A stretch of 32,000 nt of DNA from Methylococcus geothermalis (lineage in GTDB: Bacteria > Pseudomonadota > Gammaproteobacteria > Methylococcales > Methylococcaceae), in the NCBI RefSeq assembly GCF_012769535.1, contig NZ_CP046565.1, positions 714,434 through 746,433 of the forward strand. Direction: 5' to 3'. How positions within the stretch are numbered: position 1 is the stretch's first letter; every line of letters begins with the position of its first letter. The notes beneath the pieces were generated by a model. The model was not told where the DNA came from. It did no database searches and worked only from the letters and a program-made list of their open reading frames with translations. Positions 9,979 to 18,270 of the stretch are shown piece after piece. Both the position numbers and the translations under genes were made by a program.

Positions 9979-11188
9979 AACGCTGGAAGATCAGGGTCGC
10001 GTTGGTGCCCCCGAAGCCGAAGCTGTTGGACATCACTGTGTCGAGGAGGACGCCGTCGATTCGTTCGCGAGCGATGGGGATTCCTGCTGCGCCAGGGTCG
10101 AGGTTCCGGATGTTGGCGGAGGCGCTGATGAAACCGTGCTCCAGCATCAACAGGGAATAAATCGCCTCGTGTACGCCGGCGGCGCCCAGGGCGTGACCGG
10201 TCAGGGACTTGGTGGAGCTGACCGGCGGAACGGATTCGCCGAAGACTGCCTTCATGGCTTCCAGCTCGCGGATGTCCCCCACCGGTGTGCTGGTGCCGTG
10301 GGCATTGATGTAATCGACTTTTGCCGCGGACATGGTGGCCATCGCCTGCCGCATGCAGCGCACCGCGCCTTCGCCCGAGGGTTGGACCATGTCGTAGCCG
10401 TCGGAGGTGGCGCCGTAGCCGGTGAGTTCGGCATAGATCCGGGCGCCGCGCGCCTTGGCGTGTTCCAGCTCTTCCATCACCAGGACGCCGCCGCCGCCGG
10501 AGATGACGAAGCCGTCGCGGTCCGCGTCGTAGGGCCGCGAGGCGGTTTCCGGTGTGTCGTTGTACTTGGCGGACAGCGCGCCCATGGCGTCGAACAGCAC
10601 GCTCATGGTCCAGTGGACCTCTTCGCCGCCCCCGGCGAACACGATGTCCTGCTTGCCCAGCTGGATCTGTTCCGCGGCATTGCCGATACAGTGGGCGCTG
10701 GTCGCGCAGGCCGAGCTGATCGAGTAGTTGACGCCCTTGATCTGGAAAGGCGTGGCCAGGCAGGCCGAGTTGGTGTTGGACATTGAGCGCGGCACCATGT
10801 ACGGCCCGACTTTCTTGACCCCCTTTTCGCGGAAAGTGCTCCACGCCATCAACATGTTCGAGGTCGACGGGCCGCCGGAGCCCATGATCAGGCCGGTGCG
10901 CGGGTCGGAAACTTCGCCGGTTTCGAGTCCCGCGTCGGCGATGGCTTCCTGCATGGCAAGATAGTTGAACGCTGCGCCGTCGCCCATGAAGCGGCGGATT
11001 TTGCGGTCGATGAGGTCGTCGGGATTCAGCCGGATGGGGGCGTGGACCTGGCTGCGGAAGCCGAGCTCGGCATACTCCTCGGAACGGCAGACGCCGGAGC
11101 GGCCGAGCCGCAGCGACTCGACGACTTCGGCCTTGTTGTTGCCGATGCTGGAAACGATGCCGATGCCGGTAACGACTACACGTCTCAT
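9968..11188 (-). CDS. fabB: 3-oxoacyl-ACP synthase I (KAS I)
   Basis: ATG 11188 gives 406 aa ([18 protein letters not shown]). Active-site [30 protein letters not shown]. The upstream extension of ORF 9968..11524 is not homologous. Confidence 0.92.
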   Translation of the reverse strand: MRRVVVTGIGIVSSIGNNKAEVVESLRLGRSGVCRSEEYAELGFRSQVHAPIRLNPDDLIDRKIRRFMGDGAAFNYLAMQEAIADAGLETGEVSDPRTGLIMGSGGPSTSNMLMAWSTFREKGVKKVGPYMVPRSMSNTNSACLATPFQIKGVNYSISSACATSAHCIGNAAEQIQLGKQDIVFAGGGEEVHWTMSVLFDAMGALSAKYNDTPETASRPYDADRDGFVISGGGGVLVMEELEHAKARGARIYAELTGYGATSDGYDMVQPSGEGAVRCMRQAMATMSAAKVDYINAHGTSTPVGDIRELEAMKAVFGESVPPVSSTKSLTGHALGAAGVHEAIYSLLMLEHGFISASANIRNLDPGAAGIPIARERIDGVLLDTVMSNSFGFGGTNATLIFQRYAG

Positions 11189-11199
11189 GTTTGTGCTCC

Positions 11200-11715
11200 T
11201 TAGAAGTCGTCCGTGCTCGTGAAAAGACCGACACGAAGGTCGTTGGCCTCGTAGATGACCTTGTCGTCGCACTCCATCTCCGCGTCGGCAATGCCCATGA
11301 CCAGTTTGCGCAGAATCACCCGCTTTAGGTTGATGCGGTAGGTTACCCGCTTGTTGTGCGGCAGGACCTGGCCTCGGAATTTGACCTCGCCGACGCCGAG
11401 TGCTCGCCCCCGCCCCTTGCCGCCGATCCAGCCCAGGTAGAATCCGACCATCTGCCACATGGCGTCCAGCCCCAGGCACCCCGGCATCACGGGGTCGGAG
11501 ATGAAATGGCAATCGAAAAACCACAGCTCGGGTTTGACGTCCAGTTCCGCCACGATCAGCCCTTTGTCGAAGGCGCCGCCCACCGAGTCGATGTGTGTGA
11601 TGCGATCGAACATCAGCATGGGAGGGGCGGGGAGCTGGGCGTTGCCGGGCCCGAACATTTCACCTCGGGCGCATTGCAGCAACTCGTCCCACGTATAGCT
11701 GTTGCGTCTTGACAT
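11200..11715 (-). CDS. fabA: 3-hydroxydecanoyl-ACP dehydratase/isomerase
   Basis: 171 aa. [23 protein letters not shown] active-site region. 11 nt upstream of fabB. Confidence 0.95.
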   Translation of the reverse strand: MSRRNSYTWDELLQCARGEMFGPGNAQLPAPPMLMFDRITHIDSVGGAFDKGLIVAELDVKPELWFFDCHFISDPVMPGCLGLDAMWQMVGFYLGWIGGKGRGRALGVGEVKFRGQVLPHNKRVTYRINLKRVILRKLVMGIADAEMECDDKVIYEANDLRVGLFTSTDDF

Positions 11716-11822
11716 CGACTTTTCTTCTTATGGTTATGGTGGTCTGGGAGTAGAGAAATTTTTACAGTATATCAAGAAAATGCAGGCCCCGGGAATGGCG
11801 GTTTTGCCTGAACCGGTCGGGG

Positions 11823-13028
11823 CTAGCGATACAGGAGCACCGCTTCGCGTTCCTCCAGCCATGAGGTTTCGTCCGGGCGGGTGAGCGCGTCGAGATCGGC
11901 CGGTGTGGCGGCGGGGTCGTCCACCCACAGGCGTAGCAGTTCCGAGCCGTTGATCAGGTCGATGGCGAGGCGGTCGAATTCGTATTCATAGGGAAAGTCC
12001 CGCCAGATGGGATAGTCCGGTTGCAGCTGGCGCAGGGCCTTGAGCGCCAGCGCCGTGAGCCGCCAGGGGCGGAAGCTTTCATGATCGTAGGCGGCGGTTT
12101 CGGCGTGGATATGGATGCCCGAGCACAGGCGGCCGGCATGCTTGTGGAAGGTCGGCTCGAACCAGCAGTCCCGCAGGATGCAGCCTTGGAGCCAGTGGGG
12201 TGCTAGCGAGCGCATGGTGGTCACGAGTTCTCGCGCGTCGATGTCCGGCGCTCCGAGCATCTCCAGCGGACGGGTGGTCCCGCGTCCCTCGGAGAGCGTG
12301 GTGCCTTCGATCATCACGGTTCCGGCATAGCAGCGCGCCATCGAAAGATTGGGGGCATTGGGGCTGGGATTCACCCAAGCGTATTCCCCTAGAGGCCAGC
12401 CGTAGCCGGGGGCGTCGGATACTCGCCATCCTTCCATGGTAACGACATTTAATTCCAGGTCGAGGCGCAGCGTCCGCGCGAACCACAGGGCGAGTTCACC
12501 CATCGTCAAGCCATGGCGCATGGGGAGCGGGCCGGCGCCGACGAAGCTCTCCCAGCCCTCTCGCAGCCGCAATCCTTCCGCCGGCCGTCCGGCCGGATTG
12601 GGGCGGTCGAGTATCCATACCGTGATGCCCCGCTCCGCCGCCGCTTCCAAGACGTAGCGCAAGGTGGTGATGAATGTGTAAATGCGGCAGCCGAGGTCCT
12701 GCAAATCGACCAGTAACAGGTCAAAGCTGTCCAGCATCGCTTCGGTCGGGCGCCGGGTTTCCCCGTACAGGCTGAACACCGGGATGCCGTGGCGGGCGTC
12801 GAGGAAGTCCGGGGATTCGACCATGTTGTCCTGCTTGTCTCCGCGCAGGCCGTGCTGGGGGCCGAAGGCGGCCTTCAGATCGATGCCGTCCGCCGCGGCG
12901 AGGGCATCCAGCGTGTGGGTCAGGTCGCGCGTGACAGAGGCGGGATGCGCCAGCAGGGCGATCCGGCGGCCTTTCAATGGGGCGCGCAGCGCCGGGTCCT
13001 CCAGCAGGCGTTCGATGCCGAGCTTCAT
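11823..13028 (-). CDS. DUF1343-family protein (NamZ/YbbC-like exo-N-acetylmuramidase family)
   Basis: ATG 13028 (MKLGIERLLEDP). Family-typical strings LLAHPASV, FGPQHGLRGD, LVDLQDLGCRIYTFITTL, ILDRPNP. 401 aa. Confidence 0.8.
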   Translation of the reverse strand: MKLGIERLLEDPALRAPLKGRRIALLAHPASVTRDLTHTLDALAAADGIDLKAAFGPQHGLRGDKQDNMVESPDFLDARHGIPVFSLYGETRRPTEAMLDSFDLLLVDLQDLGCRIYTFITTLRYVLEAAAERGITVWILDRPNPAGRPAEGLRLREGWESFVGAGPLPMRHGLTMGELALWFARTLRLDLELNVVTMEGWRVSDAPGYGWPLGEYAWVNPSPNAPNLSMARCYAGTVMIEGTTLSEGRGTTRPLEMLGAPDIDARELVTTMRSLAPHWLQGCILRDCWFEPTFHKHAGRLCSGIHIHAETAAYDHESFRPWRLTALALKALRQLQPDYPIWRDFPYEYEFDRLAIDLINGSELLRLWVDDPAATPADLDALTRPDETSWLEEREAVLLYR

Positions 13029-13044
13029 GGGATATCCTGGTTCG

Positions 13045-13617
13045 TCAGTAAGCGTGTCGTTCGGACGCGAGCTCGAGCGTAAAACCGTCCGGATGATGGA
13101 AGTCGGGAACATCTGCCGGATGGCGGAGGGCCCAGTAGGAGAGGGTGCCGCCGGAATCTTCGACGACTGCGCCACAAGCGATCCACAGACGGGTACGGAC
13201 GTCGACGCCGGGCAGAAGTTCGGGGCCTATGATCGCATCGAGCTCGAACCGGGTTTCCGTTCGCCGGGTGGTCACCGCGGGTTGCAGTCTCTCCCCGAAG
13301 GGTTTCCCGTCGCGGTAGTCGGAAAAGGCGAACGCGGCCCATTCACCCGATGGCGAAAAATTGAATTCATGATACACCGAGCCATTCTCCGGTTTGACGA
13401 ACACCTCGAAGCAGGTATGTTCCCACAGGCCGCGGACCCAGCGCCGATGCGAGCGGGAAGGAAACGAAAGCGCCGCCAGTTCGCCTTGGAGAACGAAGCT
13501 CAGTTCGACGGTCGTCGCTGCCGGACGGCGGGCTTTTACCTCGATCCTGCGCACGGCCGGGCAGCGCCGGGAGTGGTGGCAAACAAGGTCCACGGCAAGG
13601 GGGCGATCGGAGTTCAT
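13045..13617 (-). CDS. Hypothetical protein, possibly a DOMON/CBM9-like beta-sandwich
   Basis: 190 aa, ATG 13617, 16 nt upstream of the DUF1343 gene. The string CFEVFVKPENGSVYHEFNFSPSGEWAAFAFSDYR recalls DOMON-like domain proteins, but this is memory-based and weak. Confidence 0.55.
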   Translation of the reverse strand: MNSDRPLAVDLVCHHSRRCPAVRRIEVKARRPAATTVELSFVLQGELAALSFPSRSHRRWVRGLWEHTCFEVFVKPENGSVYHEFNFSPSGEWAAFAFSDYRDGKPFGERLQPAVTTRRTETRFELDAIIGPELLPGVDVRTRLWIACGAVVEDSGGTLSYWALRHPADVPDFHHPDGFTLELASERHAY

Positions 13618-13628
13618 CGAGCGGGGTG

Positions 13629-13898
13629 TCAGTTTTCACCGGATGGTATCGGTTCGGCATCATCGGGAATGAAACCCGGCGGCATCGTGGTTGGGCTCGG
13701 GCCATCCCCGCGGCCACGCATCAGCAAACTGCGGATACGTTCGGACAGCTCTTGCCGGGTTCTAGCCTTTTCGGCCTCGATTTTTTCCGATGCTGCCCTG
13801 GCGGCTTGCTCCTGCCGGGATCGCCAGGTCTCGACGGCCAGCTGTGACGCCAGAGTTCCCAAGAATACGCCGATCGCGATTTGCAGCACCAGTTTCAT
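13629..13898 (-). CDS. Small membrane-anchored protein (89 aa)
   Basis: ATG 13898 (MKLVLQIAIGVFLGTLASQLAV, one TM), then a charged helical region and a Pro-rich tail. 11 nt upstream of the next gene, so it is the first gene of a three-gene operon. Confidence 0.5.
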   Translation of the reverse strand: MKLVLQIAIGVFLGTLASQLAVETWRSRQEQAARAASEKIEAEKARTRQELSERIRSLLMRGRGDGPSPTTMPPGFIPDDAEPIPSGEN

Positions 13899-14121
13899 TA
13901 CGCTTGATTGACGAGGAGTTCGGGGAATTGTTGCCGGTTCGTTAATCGTACCGCGTCGAGGGGCCTCGTGAATATTTTTCCGGTTCGTCCTGCGATGCTG
14001 GACGGTGTGGTGGTTTTCCCACAAAATAGTCGCACATGACGCATTTCCCAGTTCGCCAGGCTCTGATGATCGATTTGCAGCCGACGCTTTCCCCCGTGAT
14101 TCAGAATGATTCGCACCGGAA

Positions 14122-16227
14122 TTGCCGCAGGCTTTCGGCCGGGCGGGATGCGTTCCGGTCCGTCAAACGTTCCGAGTTCGGCATGCCGCTATCTTGAACG
14201 CTCAATACAAGGAAAGCACCGGACATGCGCCCGATGCGGCGGCCGCGGTCTCAGGCTTCCGCTCGGCGGAGCAGTGCGCCCGCGCGGCCATGAGGCATCT
14301 GCTCGCGCTCCAGCGGCCCGCCGGTGACTGGGAAGGGGAGATGGTGTGGTGCACGATGATCCTCGCCCAGGCGGTGATCGTGCGTACGGTCGTCGGGCAT
14401 CCCTATTCGGAGCGGGAGCGGGCGGAGATCGTCAAGCATTTCGAGGTCTCCCAGCTTGCCGACGGCGCCTGGGGCATGCATCCGGAAAGCCCGGGCTACG
14501 TGTTTTTCACCGCCTTGGCCTACGTTGCACTGCGGCTCCTGGGGCTCGGGCCGGATACGCCGATGCTCGTCAAGGCGCGAGAGTGGCTTCATGCCCGGCC
14601 GGACGGCGTCGAGGCCATCCCCACCTGGGGCAAGTTCTGGCTGATGCTGGTCGGGCTGTACGGACGGGAAGGCGTCAATGCCGTGCCGCCGGAGCTGTTC
14701 TTGCTGCCGCGCTGGCTGCCGTTTCATCCGAGCCGGTTCTATTGCCATACGCGTCTGATCTATCTGGGCATCGCCTATCTCTCCGGCGCCCGATTCGGCG
14801 CATCCCTTCCTGAAACGCTCAGGGAGGAACTGCGCCGCGAGTTGTACACCAAACCTTATGAGGCCGTCGATTTCGGGGCATTCCGCCACGCCGTCTCCCA
14901 GACCGATCTCTACGTCCCGATCAGCCGGGTGCTGCGGATCGTTTATGACCTGCTGGCGCGTTACGAGCGCCGGCCCTGGCGGGGCCTTCGGCAGAAGGCA
15001 TTGGACTATTGCTTCGGGCAGATACTGAGGGAGCAGCGCGCGACGCGTTACCAGGGTATTTCCCCGGTCAGCGGCCTGCTGAACTGCCTGGCGATCTTCG
15101 CCCGTGATCCGCAACACCCCGATCTGGCGCCCAGCCTCGAAGGCGTCGAAGCCTGGCGCTGGGAAGATGAAACGGAGGGGCTCCGCTATGTGGGCGCCCG
15201 TTCGAATTCCTGGGATACGGCTTTCGCGATGCAGGCTTTGACCGAGATGCCGCAGCTCGACGACGAGGCGGTGCAGGCGCTGAATCGGGCTCATGGTTTT
15301 CTCGGCGCGGCGCAGATGACCGAAGAATTGGCGGATTATCGCCAAGCATGGCGCGATCCGGCGCTGGGGGGATGGTGTTTCTCCGACGGCCAACATCGCT
15401 GGCCTGTGAGCGATTGCGCGGCGGAGGCCATGAGCGCTCTGTTCGCGCTATACGAGTGTCCCGACATCGGGACGATTGCGCCTCTGGGAAGCGAACGCCT
15501 GCGGCTTGGCGTGGAATTCATCCTCTCCCGCCAGAACGCGGACGGTGGCTTTGGCACTTACGAGCGGCGGCGTGGCGGCAGGCTGCTGGAGCTGGTCAAT
15601 CCTTCCGAGATGTTCGGCCAATGCATGACCGAGCTGTCCTACCTCGAGTGCACGGGCTCTTCCTTGGGGGCTTTGGCGCACTATTCAAGGCATTATCCGG
15701 ATTTTCCCGGTGGGCGGATCGCAACGGCGATCCGGAAAGCGGAAAGGTTCCTGAGGAGCCGGCAACGGGACGACGGGTCGTTTCCGGGATTTTGGGGTAT
15801 CAACTACACCTATGCGGCGTTCCATGCGGTCAAGGGCTTGCGCATGGCCGGTGCAGATCCTGCGGATCCGGTTTTGCAATCGGCGGCTGGCTGGCTGATC
15901 GGGAAGCAGCGCCCCGACGGCGGCTGGGGCGAGCATTATTCGAGCTGCCTCGAGGGGCGCTACGTCGAAAACGAGCGCAGCCAGGCCGTGATGACCGCTT
16001 GGGCCCTGCTTGCGCTCATGGAGGTTCATCCCGCTGCGCACCCGTCCATCGAGCGAGGCATCGCCTGGCTGATCGCTCAGCAGCAGGACGATGGTGGCTG
16101 GCCCCGGCAAGGGGTCAATGGCGTATTTTTCGGCGCAGCCATGCTGGATTACCGGCTTTACCATATTTATTTCCCGGCCTGGGCGGTGGCGCGCTATGCG
16201 CGGCTGAAGGGGGCGGTGTTTCAATGA
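14122..16227 (+). CDS. Oxidosqualene cyclase-type triterpene cyclase (lanosterol/cycloartenol synthase-like); start codon uncertain
   Basis: Catalytic VSDCAAEA (eukaryote-type D-C-T/A-A-E, not the DxDDTA of squalene-hopene cyclase). FYCHTRLIYL resembles MWCHCRQVYL. Multiple QW repeats: RQNADGGFG, RQRDDGSFPGFWG, KQRPDGGWGEHYSSC, QQQDDGGWP. The ORF opens with TTG 14122; other in-frame options are TTG 14194 and ATG 14290. Confidence 0.9.
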   Translation: MPQAFGRAGCVPVRQTFRVRHAAILNAQYKESTGHAPDAAAAVSGFRSAEQCARAAMRHLLALQRPAGDWEGEMVWCTMILAQAVIVRTVVGHPYSERERAEIVKHFEVSQLADGAWGMHPESPGYVFFTALAYVALRLLGLGPDTPMLVKAREWLHARPDGVEAIPTWGKFWLMLVGLYGREGVNAVPPELFLLPRWLPFHPSRFYCHTRLIYLGIAYLSGARFGASLPETLREELRRELYTKPYEAVDFGAFRHAVSQTDLYVPISRVLRIVYDLLARYERRPWRGLRQKALDYCFGQILREQRATRYQGISPVSGLLNCLAIFARDPQHPDLAPSLEGVEAWRWEDETEGLRYVGARSNSWDTAFAMQALTEMPQLDDEAVQALNRAHGFLGAAQMTEELADYRQAWRDPALGGWCFSDGQHRWPVSDCAAEAMSALFALYECPDIGTIAPLGSERLRLGVEFILSRQNADGGFGTYERRRGGRLLELVNPSEMFGQCMTELSYLECTGSSLGALAHYSRHYPDFPGGRIATAIRKAERFLRSRQRDDGSFPGFWGINYTYAAFHAVKGLRMAGADPADPVLQSAAGWLIGKQRPDGGWGEHYSSCLEGRYVENERSQAVMTAWALLALMEVHPAAHPSIERGIAWLIAQQQDDGGWPRQGVNGVFFGAAMLDYRLYHIYFPAWAVARYARLKGAVFQ
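14225..14293 (+). other. 22-codon upstream ORF ending in an ATGA overlap with the first in-frame ATG of the cyclase
   Basis: AAGGAAAG lies 8 nt upstream of ATG 14225 and is the only SD-like element in the leader. The ORF reads MRPMRRPRSQASARRSSAPARP then stop. Its TGA (14291-14293) overlaps the cyclase-frame ATG 14290-14292. Confidence 0.3.
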
Positions 16228-16297
16228 ACGCGGGTTTGAACAACGCCGGGCCGGCGCTTGCCGGGGCTGAAGAACATCTTGACACGGGTTATCGCAG

Positions 16298-17647
16298 ATG
16301 AGTTCGATTGAAGTGGGGGAGTGGGACGTTCTGATCGCAGGCGGCAGTGTTGCCGGTTCCGCGGCTGCCGCAGCGTTGTCGGGACTGGGTTTGCGCGTCC
16401 TGATCGTCGAGCCCGATCCGGATCCCGGCCGCAGGCTGGCGGGCGAATTGATTCATCCGCCGGGCATCGACGGCCTGCGGGAGCTGGGATTGATCGGGGA
16501 CGATTCGCCTCAGGGAAGTGTGGTCAACGGCTTTGCCATATTTCCCTTCAACGATGGCGAAGGCGCCGCAGCGACGCTACTGCCGTATGGCGAGATTCAC
16601 GGGCGCCGGCGCTGCGGCCGCGTGATCGAGCACAGTCTGCTCAAAAGCCATCTGCTCCAGACCGTGCGCGGCTTCGACCGAGTTTCGGTATGGCTCGATG
16701 CCAGGGTCACGGGGATGGAGCGTGAGGACGGCAAGGGCTATGTCGCGATCGTCACGCATGAAGGGAAAGACACGCGGGTGCGGGCGCGCCTGATCATTGG
16801 GGCCGACGGCCCGATGTCCCAGTTGCGGAAAATGGTCGGCATTTCCCATGAAACCCAGCGCTACTCCGGCATGATCGGCGTCGAGGTCGAGGACACCCAT
16901 TTGCCGAACCCCGGCTACGGCAACATCTTCCTGAATCCGGCCGGCGTTTCCTATGCCTACGGCATCGGCGGCGGGCGCGCGCGGGTCATGTTCGAGGTGC
17001 TCAAGGGGGCCGACTCGAAGGAGTCGATCCGCGGGCATCTGCGTCTGTTCCCTGAACGGTTCCGGGAAGACATCGAGGCGGTGCTGGCCCATGGCAAACC
17101 TCTGGCGGCGGCGAACTACTGCATCGTGCCGGAGGCGAGCGTCAAGGCCAATGTCGCGTTGATCGGGGATGCGCGGGGCTGTTGCCATCCCCTGACCGCC
17201 TCCGGCATCACCGCTGCGGTCAAGGATGCCTTCGTCATGCGGGATGCCCTGCAGTCCGCCGGGCTGAACGTCGAGGCGGCGTTGCGGCGCTACTCGATCC
17301 AGTGCGGGCGCCTACAGCTCACCCGCCGGACGCTGGCGGAAGAGCTGCGCGAGGCGTTTCTGGCGCAGACGCCGGAAGCCGAATTGCTCAGCCAGTGCAT
17401 TTTTTCCTATTGGCGCACGAGCCCCAAGGGTCGGCAGGCTTCCATGGCCCTGCTTTCCACCCTCGACAGCAGCATCTTCTCGCTGGCTTCGCAATATGCC
17501 CTGGTCGGCCTTCAGTCCTTCCGCCTGTTGCCGCATTGGCTCAGCGCCAAGATGCCGGGCGGCTGGGCCCGTGGGGTGCTGCAACTCGTTTCCAAGAGCC
17601 TCAAGTTCCAGCAGGATGCGTTGAGCCAGGCGTTGCGGGCGAAATGA
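16298..17647 (+). CDS. Squalene monooxygenase (FAD-dependent squalene epoxidase)
   Basis: 449 aa. Dinucleotide fold VLIAGGSVAGSAAAAAL..LIVE. IGDARGCCHPLTASGITAA matches the squalene epoxidase motif GDAxNMRHPLTGGGMT. 70 nt downstream of the cyclase. Confidence 0.85.
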   Translation: MSSIEVGEWDVLIAGGSVAGSAAAAALSGLGLRVLIVEPDPDPGRRLAGELIHPPGIDGLRELGLIGDDSPQGSVVNGFAIFPFNDGEGAAATLLPYGEIHGRRRCGRVIEHSLLKSHLLQTVRGFDRVSVWLDARVTGMEREDGKGYVAIVTHEGKDTRVRARLIIGADGPMSQLRKMVGISHETQRYSGMIGVEVEDTHLPNPGYGNIFLNPAGVSYAYGIGGGRARVMFEVLKGADSKESIRGHLRLFPERFREDIEAVLAHGKPLAAANYCIVPEASVKANVALIGDARGCCHPLTASGITAAVKDAFVMRDALQSAGLNVEAALRRYSIQCGRLQLTRRTLAEELREAFLAQTPEAELLSQCIFSYWRTSPKGRQASMALLSTLDSSIFSLASQYALVGLQSFRLLPHWLSAKMPGGWARGVLQLVSKSLKFQQDALSQALRAK

Positions 17648-17676
17648 TGGCGAGGGCTTCGCGCGCGGCCCGGGGG

Positions 17677-18270
17677 TTATGCGGTGACCCGCGTAAACAC
17701 GGTTGCCGGGGCCGGCAGCGCGGCGGCGAATTCCTCATGGCGGTCACGGTGGCAGAGCCAGGCGCGCGTTTTCCTCGCTCTCAAAAAGACACCGAAGACT
17801 GGATCGATCAGGCCTGATGCCTGCAGCGCAGCGACGCCGGCTTTAGCGGGCGGCAGCGGCGCCGACTTGACCAGGACGAGGTCGTCGGCGGCGATTTCCC
17901 CGGCGAGCCACAAGGCCAGGCTGTCCGAGGTCACCTCCCATCCCGGGTTCACGTCGATGCCTTCGGGGCGGGGGAGCCAGACCACGGATTTCCCCTTCTC
18001 GAGCGTGTTCCGCACCGCAGCCGGATGCCAGGCGATTTCCAGGTCCGGCTCCAGGCCCTTCAGCATCAGGCCGTACTGAGCCATCGCCAGGATGGCCATG
18101 GCGTGGGCCGCCTCGTCGCCGAAAGCTTGGCGCTGCTGGGCCCGGCGCACCGTATCGGCGAACTCTCCGCCGCCGGGGACGATCGCCACCCCGGAATCCT
18201 TCAGAGTGCGCAGCCAGGGGATCAGTGCCGTGGAGCCGCCGAGGCTGCCGCCGAGCTTAACGACCCACAT
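17677..18270 (-). CDS. Amino-acid-kinase-fold protein of the H4MPT/methanofuran island (orf19 type)
   Basis: 197 aa. MWVVKLGGSLGG and IVPGGGEF are typical of the Asp/Glu/uridylate kinase fold. The start overlaps the pabB stop by 14 nt. Confidence 0.75.
   Translation of the reverse strand: MWVVKLGGSLGGSTALIPWLRTLKDSGVAIVPGGGEFADTVRRAQQRQAFGDEAAHAMAILAMAQYGLMLKGLEPDLEIAWHPAAVRNTLEKGKSVVWLPRPEGIDVNPGWEVTSDSLALWLAGEIAADDLVLVKSAPLPPAKAGVAALQASGLIDPVFGVFLRARKTRAWLCHRDRHEEFAAALPAPATVFTRVTA

Noticed and set aside
9867-11291. 474-aa minus-strand ORF overlapping fabB in another frame
   Set aside because: The fabB frame has exact KAS I active-site motifs. This frame is Arg/Pro/Gly junk.
14122-16227. 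Calling the cyclase a squalene-hopene cyclase (hopanoid synthesis)
   Set aside because: The catalytic segment reads VSDCAAEA rather than DxDDTA. The adjacent gene is a squalene epoxidase, which a hopene cyclase does not need.
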